Position numbers and translations under genes: made by a program
Shown here: in pieces, positions 42,398-56,584 of the stretch
Layout: every line of letters starts with the position of its first letter
Numbering within the stretch: the first letter of the stretch is position 1
Notes under the pieces: model-generated
Database searches by the model: none
Told to the model about the DNA's origin: nothing
The model's input: the letters and a program-made list of their open reading frames with translations, nothing else
Source of the DNA: the human T2T-CHM13v2.0 reference genome, Homo sapiens
DNA: 64,000 nt
Assembly: GCF_009914755.1 (NCBI RefSeq)
Contig: NC_060937.1
Strand: one strand, 5' to 3'

Positions 42398-43971
42398 TGA
42401 TGGCAGCAGTAGCTCATCTGGAGCAGCCGCTGCCATGACGCCAGCTGCAATGGGGGAGTTGCAGCTGGGGTTGCATGCTCCATGGAGCCTGGCAGTAGCC
42501 AGGAACAGGCAGAAGCCCTGCCCCCTTCCAACTGGGAGGGGCAGGAGCTCCACCTTCTTGGGTGGCAGCCACCCAGCCATGGCTGTAGATCCAGGCATCT
42601 CAGCACTCTTGGGGGCTCAGGAAGCCCCTCTTCCCCTGCAGGCTTGGAAGTGCCTGCTCCCGCTGCCTAGCCTTTCCCTGCTCCCAGCACCTGCTTCGAT
42701 TTTGGAGCAAAGTTGTGGCCAAGCCTAGGCACTGTCACCAACCAGCTGAGTGTGCACACACCTGGGGCAGTGCTGACATGCCAGGCCCCTGCTGCCTCAA
42801 TCCTCTCCAAACTTTGGGCACTGACGAGCATGGGAGGGAGGCCAAGGGAGACTAAGGGCAGCTTGGTGCAGGCCTGCAGCCACCCCTCAGCACAAACAGC
42901 CTGGGTGTCATGAGCACCATGGATGGCAGGTTAATGGCAGCAGGAGGCAGACAGGCTTCTGGGTGGAAAGGGATGGGTCCCAGTGAAACCCCACCTTCAG
43001 GCCATGGACGGCCTGAGGGCTGGGCACTGGGCTGCCAATTCTGTGGATCAGAGTGAGAACTTATAGTGCTTTTCTGGGCCCACCCATGGCCACCCATGGA
43101 CCAATCAGCACACACTTGCTCCCCTCTAAAGCCCTTAAACCCCTAGACTCAGCCAGACTCTGAGAGACAAAAAGACAACCTGCCTGCAGAGAGAAGCTAA
43201 CCACTGTGTGTTTCCTGTCTGCTGAGAGCTGAACAGACAATGGATGCCCTGCCTGCAGAGAGAAGCTATCCACTGAAGGTCTCCTCTGAGCTGTTGTTGC
43301 TCAATAAAGTACCTCTTCACCTTGCTCACCCTCTACTTGTTGGCATACCTTATTCTTTCTGGACACGGGACAAGAACTGGGGACCTGTCAAATGGTAGGG
43401 CTGAAAGAGCTGTAACCAGGGTTTTTATGGCCTGCAGAGGGGAGGAAGTATGTGCTGATTGGTCCATGGGCAGCCATGGGCAGGCCTGGAAAAAAGGCTG
43501 AAACATGCCCCTTGTTCACCATGTTGCAGGTGATGACCTAGGAGCTCCCTGAGCCAGGGCTGTGATACCCTCTTTGGGCCTCTGCGGTTCTTGCTGTCTC
43601 CAAGCTTCTGGGTGCCACCACATTCCCCACTGCCAGCCATGGAAGCTGCTTGCAGTATGCCTGGTGTAGCCACAGCCTCAAAGGGAGCTGGCACCCATGC
43701 TGGCACCTGGAGCTGCCCTCCCCACCACAGCTAGTGTCCCTGCCTGTGTGCAGTGGCTTGACCTCATGCTGGCTTGCTCACACAACCCTTGCCAGTCTGC
43801 ACCTGGCTCGACCTTTGCAGGTGTGAGATCCAGGCCACTAGCGAGAGCTGAGCACAGCCTGCCAGGCTGAGTGGCGGAATGAGCCCAGGGGGTCCAAGCA
43901 AAACTCGGGCAAAGGAGCCATCGGCCACAGAGCTTTCCAGGGAAAAGCAACACCCTGAGGATCCTGTGACA
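42398..43971 (+). mobile_element. MER52-family (ERV1) solo LTR
   Basis: TGATGGCAGCAGTAGCTCATCTGGAGCAGCCGCTGCCATGACGCC...GCTCAATAAAG...GGATCCTGTGACA; GC-rich; TSD TTAT/GTAT. Confidence 0.88.
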
Positions 43972-44419
43972 GTATTATTTGTTTCTATATCACCTATTAA
44001 TATTTATCAGAGTAAGTGTTTCATGAAAAGCTTTACTGAAAATGCTGCTTTAGGGGGCTTGTCCATTGCCTCTGAACTTACACCACACTAGTGGTTTGGC
44101 ATTATGACATTCTTGGGACAGAGGACTGTGCCCAATGGTCTTTTCCACAAAGTACAGAGGAAATAAACTAAAATTATTTACTGATAAGATTTCTGTGACA
44201 CTGATCATACTTTATATTTCACATTATCTCGAGAAGATCTAAGGACTTTAGAATGAAAGATGGTTTTTAATCTTTTTGGATTAATTTAAGATGTGAGATG
44301 TTGTATTGTCTTATTACATGAGGCCCAATAAATATACATGAAATTTCCAAAGTTTGTTGCAGAAAGATTTTATTTTGCTGGACTTTAAATTCCTATTGTT
44401 TAATGCTCAAATAAGTACT

Positions 44420-44965
44420 ATCTTCTTCCTTCTGCATTATTTTCATCATAGCATTTACTACCATCTAATATGTATTTTGCTTATTTATTTTGCTTATTGT
44501 TGCTTTTCCCTTCCTCCACTAGAATGTAATCTCTAAGATGAAAGTAACTTAAAATTTTTTTAAATTGATGTATAATAGATGCACATATCTTTGGGATACA
44601 TATAATAGTTTAATGCATTCATGTGATTTGTAAAGATCAAATCCATTTAATTGAGATATCTATCACCTTAAATATTTGTTTTTATGCTAGCAACATTTAA
44701 ATTATTCTTTTCTAGCTATTTTGAATATAAAGAGTAGATCATATTTTAATATAAAATAGAAGTATAACCAATTATTATAAACTATAGTCACCTTACAGAT
44801 CTATCAAACACTAGATCTTATTTCTTCCATCAAACTGTACATTTGTACTTGTTAATGAACCACAAATGAATTCCCCCCTTTTACTTTATTGTTGTACCTC
44901 CAGACTCTAGAATAGTGCTCAGCACATGAAAAGGATTCAAAATGCTGTATTTTTTAAATAAATGA
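44420..44965 (+). mobile_element. L2 3' end split by an L1MA insertion
   Basis: CATAGCATTTACTACCATCT...CCACTAGAATGTAATCTC | CTAGAATAGTGCTCAGCACAT...AATAAATGAA. Confidence 0.75.
44555..44865 (-). mobile_element. L1MA-type 3' end
   Basis: TTTGTAAAGATCAAATC...TTCTAGCTATTTTGAA...AACTATAGTCACC...AACACTAGATCTTATTTCTTC. Confidence 0.8.
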
Positions 44966-46462
44966 AGTAGGCCCTGAAGTGAATATATATTAATATTTAG
45001 CAGTTTCATCAGCATATAGGTAATAGATATATCGACGAAAATAGATGAACTCATCAAAAGAGGATATGTAAAATGAGATTCTAAAAATTCTTGAGTTGAA
45101 ACAATGAGCCTCACCAACATGTACAGGGAGGCAGGGGAAGACAAACCCCGGTGGGCACTGAGAAGGAGAAAGGGGGAGTCAATGGGAGAACCAAGAGAGA
45201 ATAGTGTCTTAGAGATAATTGGAGAAGAAACCGCAGAGAGGGAAAATTTGCTAAGACTTCAGAAAGATTGGATATGATAAACATCTCTCCTCTGTAAAGG
45301 CCCACTTTTAATTATCATGCTATCTTTTGTAGGAGGTATTATATACCTGATTTTATATAATTTGTACCAGGGAAATTTTTTAGTAGCTTTTACACCATGG
45401 TAGTTATAGAGAACTTTTAATGCTCATCTTATGCTGTATTTATTTATTTATTTAATGTGCCTTTGATTTGGAAAAAAACAACATGTAATCAGATTAACCT
45501 TTGGAAGTGACTCTGGAAGTGAAAGAGTTAATTTTTTAGCATCCTGTGTAGCTCTAGGGGAAGTGTGCAGAGTAAATGAAAAATGGAGCCGTAGTCCCAA
45601 CTCTGTATAATCTCGAATCATGTGATATTCTCCTGGGGCTGATTCTAATCAAGTTTGCTGTACAAAAGGTCATTTCCATTACCCTGTGAGGCAGATCCTA
45701 AATAGAATTATGACAGACATTAGCTTTTAATAATGCAATAGGAGTTGAATTCTCTTGACCATAGGCAGATGTCAAACCTCTTTGTGGTGGCTTTTATGCC
45801 CATTTACATGTAATTTGTAATATATTGGTGAATTGGTATAGTATGAATGTGCTATGGATATTTTTTCTTTCTAGCTAAGTCTGTTTATACATCCAGAGCT
45901 CCCTAGTTGTTGGAATAATGACAATGAAATTATTTATACTTGACATTATATTTGGATTCAGAGTGTGGTGGCCTTTTAAGTTTAATAAGGAGGATTCTAG
46001 GAATATATGTATTTCTGGTGATTTGTAAAAATATTAAATCACCATCTCTATAACCAATAGCAGCATGCACGTTTGGGAAGCTGACTTCTACTATTCTCTT
46101 AATGATTGAATTCAGTGAAGTTTTCATTTACTACTTTGTACTTCAGAATTATACATGAGAAAGAAAAGGTAAGAGTTTATGCGTATATTCTTTAACATCA
46201 ACAGTTGTGGTCCCATTTACTATGTTTCTGTAGTGTATACATGTGCTACAGCAATTATAATGATTAATATTGATTGATAAGTGATTATCGTATTAGCCTA
46301 TTTTAAAAGACATACCAGAATGGCATAAAAATCTAAGTTACCAACTACTGTTATACTTTTTAAAGAGTGGGCCACACTTTAATTCTAAAAAAAGAAAATG
46401 CTTTTGCCTAAAATAGGTGTTTTTATTAATAGTGAATATATTAATATGAAATTTGACACAAT

Positions 46463-46580
46463 CAGCATCTTGATGTAGTGGAAAGAAAATTAGACTCTCA
46501 ATTAGGAATCTTGGGTTCCAGCCCTAGTTCTATCACTATGTGTTTGCCCTTTGATGATCTCTGGGCCTCTGTTTCTTTGT
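46463..46580 (+). mobile_element. MIR 5' part
   Basis: TGTAGTGGAAAGA...CTTGGGTTCCAGCCCTAGTTCTATCACTA...CTCTGGGCCTCTGTTTC. Confidence 0.7.
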
Positions 46581-47994
46581 ATGATTCCTTTCTTATCCCA
46601 CTCTGTCTTTAATATCTTATGATTATAAGTTATATTGATGAATGAAAAAAAAACCCATGTACAAATTTGGATTATGTCCACATTTGGATAATCTATTGAA
46701 ATTGCATCAGGTTTTTAAGTACAATAAGATAAATGAGGGATTTTATTTTTCTTTTAATGCCAGAATCCTCATAGAATAAGAGATGTTCAAATCCTATGGT
46801 AGAGAGTGTTGTAAATTTTGTTCTATCAACAGCCAAATTCTCCTGACGTGTTTTATTTTTGCTGTTGAGGGGTCTTTGAAGTTTCTTGGAAGAAGCTCTC
46901 AGTGTTCGATGGAGAGACAAACCAGGATAGTCAAAGTTAATATGAGGAATGCGGCACATGAGCTTGAGGTTGCTGGTGCTATTTGTCATTTCTTGCCAAG
47001 GATGGGTGCAGCTTTAGTTGCTGGGAGTGGGAGCCTGGCGTTATCTTTTCACTAAAGCATTAAGCCGGGGCTAAAGAATTGCTGTCATCTTAGTTAGTAC
47101 CTCATTTTGCATTCTTTAAAATATGAACTGTCATTTTCTTAACTTTTTTTGCAATAATTTTTTATGTTGGTGATCTGTGTTGAAAAACATCGGGGAAAAT
47201 AAGAATAATCCGAACTCTAGGTCTCTGCTACAGTTGTAAAGTTCTAGGTGTGTGTTTGACATGCTTTTTAAACTTAATTGGAAAGCAGAGCAGGAGAAAA
47301 TATGCTTTAAAAACACTTGCAGTTCTTGATATATGAGCCAGAAATGGGAACGGCTAGGAATAGGTTTGTTTGATGTGCAAAAATCCATTTAACATTACAT
47401 AACCCACCCCCCAACAGCCCCATCTAACTCTTTGATGTGGGATATCAGGAGTCTCCTAAGTGTATTCTGTTGAAATAGATAAGACAATTACAGGCTCTGG
47501 GCTGAAGTTCTTAGGGTATTATGTGTGTGGGTATAATCATACCTTTTCATCTGAAACTTTTAGAGAACACTTTCCAGATGTGGTCTTTATTCATTTTGGA
47601 CATTAAAAATATTGTGTCTTGAATATACCCAGAGCTTGTGAGAACAGGCTTGGAGAAGAAAAGAGAACTGCTGAGTAAGATTATATTGAAGGAACTCACA
47701 GTCTAATTTTGAGGAGACATTAACACAAATAAAGCAAAGAGAGTACTCTACAAGATGTTGTTAGATTATGGACTAAAGGAATTCTGAAATACAGTAATTC
47801 ACTTAGGTCTCTATTACAATGTTTTTAAAAATTTATCTCTATTCTTGGAAAATAAAATATTCCATTTGGGAATTTTTTCAAATAATTGAAACGTACCACC
47901 TTGATATTTTTATGACATATAATCTCTTCCTGAATAAAAATCTTTTACTTTTATCATGTGATATATCAGGATCACATTACGGACATTACATTAC

Positions 47995-48150
47995 AGATTC
48001 TTTGAGCTAGAAATAAATTTAGAAATGGTCTTGTCTAATCTTTTCATTAGATGGTTGCAGAAACTGAGCCTAGAGACTGTCCCAAGGGAGAACAGGGACT
48101 AGAATCTAAGCTTTGCTGACTGTTGGGATTTTATTGTGTTATCATATTGT
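47995..48150 (-). mobile_element. MIR (MIR3/MIRc-like)
   Basis: GAAACTGAGCCTAGAGA...GGGACTAGAATCTAAG. Confidence 0.6.
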
Positions 48151-48459
48151 GCTTTGGATATTATCTTCTGGCTCTCTGAGGTATGTAGGGCTATTTTTTT
48201 TTCACTGTGGTAAATGGTCCTAGGCTGTTACGTTTTTATAATTTTTCTCTTTGTTATTTATGGTTTTCTCTACGTTTTTCTCCACTGTCAGCCTTACAGC
48301 AGTTTCTAGCACTGCCAAGGTACCTGGCTTAAACTGGGAAATGGGTTCTAATTGCTCCTCCCAAAATTCAGTAAGTACCGTGGAGAAAAGGGAAATGCTT
48401 ATTTCATGGGTTTTGAGAAGACAAGCATGTGGTTTCCTGTCTTCCCTTCTTTTCCATAT

Positions 48460-49450
48460 TTTATCTTCATCCTGGTTGATTTCAATAGTTCTGATGATGA
48501 TGGATCCAAATGCTGGATTCCCAGTTCTTTGAGGGCCTCATTTCCCTTGTTATTTACCTCTACTCCACTTCAGTCACTCATTTTCATGACCATTCCCTTG
48601 GCCTTGTCATTACTCAGACACTTTACCACTGAAATTTTAAATTAAGACATTCTTTCTCATTTAGTGCCTTTCACTGCATCAGTGCTAAAATAAAGGGACA
48701 GGTCTGGCATGGTGACTTATGCCCGTAATCTTAGCACTTTGGGAGGCCAAGGCAAGAGAAGCATTTGAGGCCAGGAGTTCAAGATCTGCCTGGGCAGCAC
48801 AGTAAGTTCCCCGACTCTACAAAGAAAAAAAAAATAAATAAATAAGCAAAGTGTAGTGGTGCATGCCTGTAGTCCTAGCTACTCAGAGGCTGAGGATTGT
48901 TCCATTGTATTCCAGCCTCAGTGACAGAGAGAGACCTTGCCTCTATTAAAATTAAATAAATAAAGAGACACCTAGGTCCTTGAACTGATTTATATTTATT
49001 CTTCTGTCTCCTCCTGTGTCTGTTTTCTTTCCTGACCAGCTTGTAGTTCATACTCAATCACTTTTATCACTCTCTTGGCATTATTCTTAACTCCTTTCAA
49101 CCCATTTTTAAATTTCTTAGTCTGTGATCAGCAACTTATGCAAAATGTCTCCATTAAGTTTATACCAGAAAGCTATTGGAAAGCTGAATAGCTTTGAGAT
49201 GGGTGCCACCATAAATTCAGTTTCCTATCTCTTATGGTATTTTAATACTGTCCAGAATTTCCTCTTCCTTTGCCTGGAACAACTCTTTCTCCTATTCTCC
49301 ACAACTTACAAAGCTCTTTGTTTTTTCAAACATGTTTTTCTCTTACTTTTGCTGTCACTCTCATTGGGCGTTCTTACCCCACAAAAAAAGAAACCACCAG
49401 GTGAGAGCACCTCAACCTCCTGCCACCAACCCTAAAATACAGTAGCCTTT
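48460..49450 (+). mobile_element. L2 ORF2 fragments flanking an AluJ
   Basis: CATCCTGGTTGATTTCAATA...CCACTTCAGTCACTCA...CCTTGTCATTAC. Confidence 0.5.
48701..48960 (+). mobile_element. AluJ with a right-arm deletion
   Basis: TTGAGGCCAGGAGTTCAAGA; TSD AAATAAAG(G/A)GACA. Confidence 0.88.
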
Positions 49451-49479
49451 GTATCTTTTGTTTCCTTTTTGTTAAAGGG

Positions 49480-50070
49480 TAGATTGTGAGCTAGGGACCA
49501 ATTTTATTTTACTTTTTCCATATGAATAATTAGTTGTCCCAAGGCCATGTATTGATTAAGTAATTTCCTCACAGGATTTTTTGAAAAGTTATTACCGTAT
49601 TTTTTTCCTTTTATGCTTGCTCTGTTCATGAACTCTGTATCTGGTTAATAAGTCGATTTCTCTTTCATTTGTAAATTATCATATAGTTTAATGACTACAG
49701 CTTTTTTGTAGATCTTGATATCTGAAGGGCAATTCCTTCTACACATTCTTTTCATCAAAATTATTTTATCTATTATTGGGGCTCTCTTCTATATGAATTT
49801 AGAACCATGTTTTTAAGTTATGTTTAAAAAGTCTTTTGGGGATTTTAATTGGAATAGCACTGAATTTATACATTAACTTGAGTGAGAACAGAAATCTTTA
49901 TAACACTGAGTCTTCCAATCCATGAATATGGTATATCCCTTCATTTAATTATTCTTTTATCTCCTCTAATAATGGTTTATATTTTTCTCTATGAAAGTGT
50001 TTTCAATATTTCTAGAATTTTCTCTGAGTATCTTATAATTTTTTAGGCTATTTTGAATAAGAATTTTTCT
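49480..50070 (-). mobile_element. Old L1 (L1M/L1ME) ORF2 fragment
   Basis: GGGATTTTAATTGGAATAGCACTGAATTTATAC...CTGAGTCTTCCAATCCATGAATATGGTATATC. Confidence 0.8.
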
Positions 50071-50309
50071 ACTAGAGTAATCTTTCAAATCACTCAATGA
50101 TCTTTGAGCATTATTTGCTCAAAGCAAGAGAGCTGCCTAAAATCTTTTAAGATATTTTCATTACCCTTGGTATTAACATTTAGACTCTGACAGGAGATGT
50201 ATATTTCTCTTAAACTGTTTCTTCTCTCCCCAGCCTCATCTTTCTTACTAGCCTCATCATTCTCTTTAAATTCCAGCCAGGTAGAACTTGTGTTAACCTT
50301 GATTTATTT

Positions 50310-50885
50310 TTCCCCTTAGCTCCTCATGTCTATTGAATTCATGGATAAGTGCTGTTAACTCCAAACCTCTATATCCAAAATGCAACCACTTTTGTCATCT
50401 CCAGTGCTTATATTCTAGACTGAGCCAGCATTCTCTCTATCGTGGCTGACTATAGTAGACTCTGATTGATTTCCTTGCTTCCTTTGTCAGCTCTCCACAA
50501 TACATTTTCTACATAATAGTCAGAGTGATCTTTGAAAAATGTAAATCAGACTACTTACTTCCTCTGCCTAAAGCCGTCTGGTGGCAAATAAAATAAAAAC
50601 CTCTTATTCTAAGAAAGCCATATAGGACTTGATTTCTGCCTAGATGCTCACTTTATTGCAGGCCACTCTTCTCCTTGGACAGTATATTGCAGCCACTTTG
50701 GTCCATTCTTTGTTTCTCAAACACATCAGGGCCTTGCAGTTTTTACTGTTTCCTCTGCCTTAAATGTATTTTGCCTAACCAAAATGTAAACAGTAATAGA
50801 GCAGAGGCTTTGTTTGTCTTTTTCATGGCTCTATTCCCAGCCATCTAACGGTTCAATAAATATTTGTTGAATAAATGTCTGAATG
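50310..50885 (+). mobile_element. L2a 3' part
   Basis: CAGAGTGATCTTTGAAAAATGTAAATCAGA...TCAATAAATATTTGTTGAATAAATG. Confidence 0.8.
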
Positions 50886-51049
50886 CATTTTTTTTTGTTT
50901 CCTCAGATGCACTGGGCTCTTGTCTTTAGTTCATCTCATATGTTTCTCTTTGCCTGAAACAACATCTTTCTCTGTTTCTCTCTCACAACCTTTCCCACCT
51001 TTGCCCAGAAATATTAGTTTGCTTTCAACCTTTGGAAAGCTTTCCCTGA

Positions 51050-51505
<456 letters not shown>

Positions 51506-52590
51506 TAGCACTTTCCCTTGCTCATGGTATAATTACTCAACAAATGTCTGATGAATCGACAAAAGAGTGAATGAATGACTAAATCTGTTTTAAATTCCCA
51601 AAGCACCCATTCAATTTCATTTATCTCTCTTATCTATGTCCTAGAATACTGGTAGTATCTGAAAAATAAACTCTAGAGATCAAATTAATATAGTTCATTT
51701 GTGGTTCCTTTTATCCAAGAACCCCAGAGAAATTTAGAAATATTATTTGAACAAAGTCTATTTTTCTGGCTTTGTAGTGTATCCCTAATGAAGGTGGATA
51801 AAAGTTGTTGACAGGAAAAAAGGAATATTTTCAGGGTACTAACATACTAATCTCTACCATTATTATTATTGTTTTCTTAGACCACACATCAACCCTTTAA
51901 ATGCCTCAAGAACATCCTGATCCAGGAGCAAGAAAACACTTTGGACCAGCAAGCAATCTTGTTGGAGTAAACGTTCTGCAATTTGGGATCTGCAAATCTC
52001 TGAATTTGGTGTCTTTTCTCTATTATCTGGAGGTTTTCTCTGGTTTTATCCTGGCTTCATTCCTTGTCTGTCTGGCTTCCTGGTTTATTCCGTCTTGGTT
52101 CTCTGAATATCTGTGCTTGCTCATTTGTTGAGCTGCATTTTGGACCTGGGTGCAAGCCTTCTTTTGCAGGTTACCTTCCCTTTCTGACACTCAAGCACTG
52201 GACCCAGCCATTGCCATTTTCCAGTTCCTCAGGGAGCAACATATTTTCTAAAACAAAAAAAAGCAAAGTATTTAAAAACCTATATTTACAGAAATATGGC
52301 ATCTTAATCTTTATTTTTACATGACTGGTTAGAAGTTATAGTTTTAAAAATCTAAGTAGTAAATACTGCCTACTTAAAAGTAGTTCTACATTAGAAATCC
52401 TGTTTATCTTGGAGATTTTAATAATTAAATATTTTAAAATTACTATACCATAGACCAAATTTTAGCAATTAAATAAGGATTATCAAAAAGGATGATTTAA
52501 CCTTCAGAAAGATACTAAAATCACACATAACTGTGTGAGAAAAAAATCATCTTCAAGCTATGTATTAAATTAAAGCAAAATTTAATTTCA

Positions 52591-52629
52591 ATGATGACGA
52601 TGATGATGATGATAATGATGGTGATGATA
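52591..52629. repeat. Imperfect (GAT)n repeat
   Basis: ATGATGACGATGATGATGATGATAATGATGGTGATGATA. Confidence 0.9.
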
Positions 52630-53739
52630 AACTAATCTGGCATCTATTAATACAATGCTAAGTTTAGTTCAGCTAATGTTCTTCTTACTTGACATTCTCA
52701 AATATGGCATGATGAAGTTATTTTTCACTTTGGCTTCAGCTAAAATGATTCTTTCCAGTTTTCAGGAGAAAACATTTGCCAGGAAACAGATTATACTGTC
52801 CAACTTCTAATGAGTTACTATGATCAGTGAGCCAATTTTTCTTTAGCCTAGGTAATATTTTACCAGTAATATTTTAAAAAGCATAAAATATGATGAAAGT
52901 TACCTTTCCTCCATAACCATACCTAATAAATTCACCTCATGTTATATACCAGTTCGGCTTAAGAATAGTTTCAAAACAAGCGTTGCACTTTAAAAATTGC
53001 CTAGAGATCTAATTTGCAGTGGTATCTAATTTTCAGCTAGGGTGAGGTGAAGCATCAGAGCAGATACAGTTTACCTTGCCACAAAATATTGCTCAGTAAG
53101 AAGTAATTATCAATATTATTATTAATTACCATAATTCATTTCTCTCAGGGGATTTTCTTCCCATTGACTATAGGTAAGTGAAAAGCCCAGAACAATTAGT
53201 AATTGGAGATAAAAATCTTTCAAAACTGCATATGGTTGAAACACTGCAACAATTCTATAAGTCAGGGGTTGGAAGGGAGGGAGAACAGAAATTTTCATTT
53301 GAATTTTTTTTTTTTTTTTGCAGAGGCTAAGGGGAAAAAATAACTACTTCAAGAAATGAAAATGGGTAGCCTAGACGTTTTTTTTTTTTGAAATGTAGAA
53401 AACCCCAGAATTCTGGAGAGCCATTGACCCAGTTCTTCCCTTTCTACTGCCCCTATTTGTCTGTGATTGAGACAATTCTGGGAGTATTTAACTCTATCTT
53501 CCTTTGTTTCTACTCTGAATCCTGGTCCCTACTGGTTCTGAGGAGCATTGCCTTATGGATTATTGTCTCTGTTTCATATATCTTAAATATATTTGTTTTT
53601 ATAACTTCTTTGTCCCAGGTCATAGGCATACTCAAAGTGTTCCCTTCCAAAAACCAAAACTTATCACAAAATCCCACTCTGTTTCTCCTGCCCTTCTTAC
53701 CTTCAACCTAGTTATATATCCCTTTCCTTCATTTCTTCA

Positions 53740-54222
53740 GGTCCATATTGCCTTTTATTTGCCTTTATTATCTTATTGAATTACCTAGGAATTCCAGTAC
53801 AATGTTGAATAAAATAGGGTGAGAGGAGACATCCTTGCCTCATTCCTAATCATAGCAATAGAGTATCTAATTTTTCACTGTAAGTTTAATATTAGCTGTA
53901 GGTTTTTCATAAATATTCACCATCAAGTTGAGGAAATTCTCACTATTCCTGGTTTGGTGAGAGTTTTTATCATAAGCAGGTTTTGGATTGTCAAAAGACT
54001 TTTTCTGCATCAGTTGATAAAAAAGTGTTATCTTTCATTAGCCTGTTGATGTAATGGGTAAGACTGATATTCTAATGTTGAACCAGGCTTTCATATGTGA
54101 AATAAAATCCACTTGGTTATGATGTGTAGTTCTTTTTATGCATTGATTCTATTTGCTAATATTTTGTTGACACTTTTTGTATCTGTGTTCATAAGAGATA
54201 CTAGTCTGTAGTTTATCTTTCT
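53740..54222 (-). mobile_element. L1M ORF2 (RT region) fragment
   Basis: CCAGTACAATGTTGAATA...GACATCCTTGCCTCATTCC...TTTGCTAATATTTTGTTGA. Confidence 0.85.
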
Positions 54223-54234
54223 TTTCGAAAAAAT

Positions 54235-55280
54235 AATTTTATTTTTTAATTATTGATTTAATTAATGAATAAAAAATTATACATGTGTATGGTGTATGAC
54301 ATGTTTTAAAACTTGTATACACTGTGGAATGACAAAATCAAACCAATTAACATATGCATTGTCTCATATGCTTGTGTTTTTGTGGTGGAGACCACTTAAA
54401 ATCTACTCTCTTAGCAATTTTCAAGTATATAATATATTGTTATTAATTATAGTAGACATGATACACAATAGATTTCTTGAACTTATTCTTCCTCTGTAAC
54501 TGAAATTCTCTGTCTTTTGGCAAACATTTCCCCTATCCCCTCTGGCTCCAGCCCCTGACAACTACCAACCAACTCTCTGGTTTCTGTGTATTTGATTACA
54601 TTAGTTACCTAGTATAAGTGGGGCCATACAGTATTTGTCCTTCTGTGATTGGCTTATTTTGCTTAATGTCCTCAAGGTTCATCCATGTTGTCACATATAA
54701 CAGGATTCCCTTCTTATTTAAGGCTAAATAACATTCCATCATGTGTAAATGCCACATTTTCCTTATCTATTCATCCATTGTTGAAATTTAGGTTGTTTCT
54801 ATATCTTGGATTGCAAATAACATTCCAGTGAACATGTAAGTGCAAATATCTCTTTGCGATTCTGATTTAAATATTTTTTGGATAAGTACCCAAAATGGGA
54901 TTACTAGATCATGTTTTTTAAAAATAGTTTTTCACATTTTAAATTGTAGTCATTTTGAGGAACCTTCATATTGTTCTCCATAGTGGCTGCACCATTTTAC
55001 ATTCCCACCAACAGAGCAGAGGGGTTCTAATTTCTCCAATTCTTGCTAACACTTAAAATTATTATATACAGTATATTTTTAATAGAAAAACATTCTACCA
55101 GATGTCAGATAATATCTCATTGTGGTTTTGATTTGCATTTCCCTTATGATTAGTGATTTTGAACATATTTACTTAGGTATGTTGGCCATTTATTTTTCTT
55201 CTCTTGAGAAAATGTATATTCACATACTTTGCCCACTTTCTAATTGGATTTTTTTTTTTTTTTTTGCTATTGTGTTCTAG
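54235..55280 (-). mobile_element. L1MA8/9-like 3' end
   Basis: ACTTAAAATCTACTCTCTTAGCAATTTTCAAG...GGCTGCACCATTTTACATTCCCACCAACAG. Confidence 0.85.
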
Positions 55281-55710
55281 ATCTCTTTCACTTTATAAAA
55301 ATGATTTCTCTGGTCAGGGAATGCTTTTTATTATTTCTTTCAACACTTTCTATCTCGTTTTAATCCACTATAATCATGTGCAATTAACACTAATGACTTT
55401 CCCCTCTAGTTGGAATAAAATCTAAATTCCTTATTATGACCAAGAATGTCCTAGTAATCTGGCCTCCACCCAAATCTCCAGCCTCTATCTGTTTCCTCCA
55501 CTCCATCCACACTGACTATCTGTTCTTTTGGTCCCTCACATCATAACTGTATGCTCACTGGGGCAGTTCATGGCACGCGCATTCTCTAGCTCAGTGCTTC
55601 TCAACTTTTGGAACTCATGCTTCCTCCTCGTGAATGTAGAAGGTGCAAGCCCTACTTTGTGCTCCCATTTTCTAATATTTTTCCAAGAGGCCAAGAAGAT
55701 TTCACTTTAA

Positions 55711-56078
<368 letters not shown>

Positions 56079-56175
56079 TATAAGATTATATTCTGATATA
56101 TGTCTCTTTGCGGTTAAGGTGTGGATTAGTGGGAAAAGGCCAACACACAATAGCTACTTTAAATATCTAGTATAT

Positions 56176-56584
<409 letters not shown>

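Noticed and set aside
42282-44091. Cluster of 60-148 aa ORFs in a GC-rich block as a gene or CpG-island promoter
   Set aside because: Lies essentially within the MER52 LTR, is CpG-depleted and has no recognisable protein or splice structure
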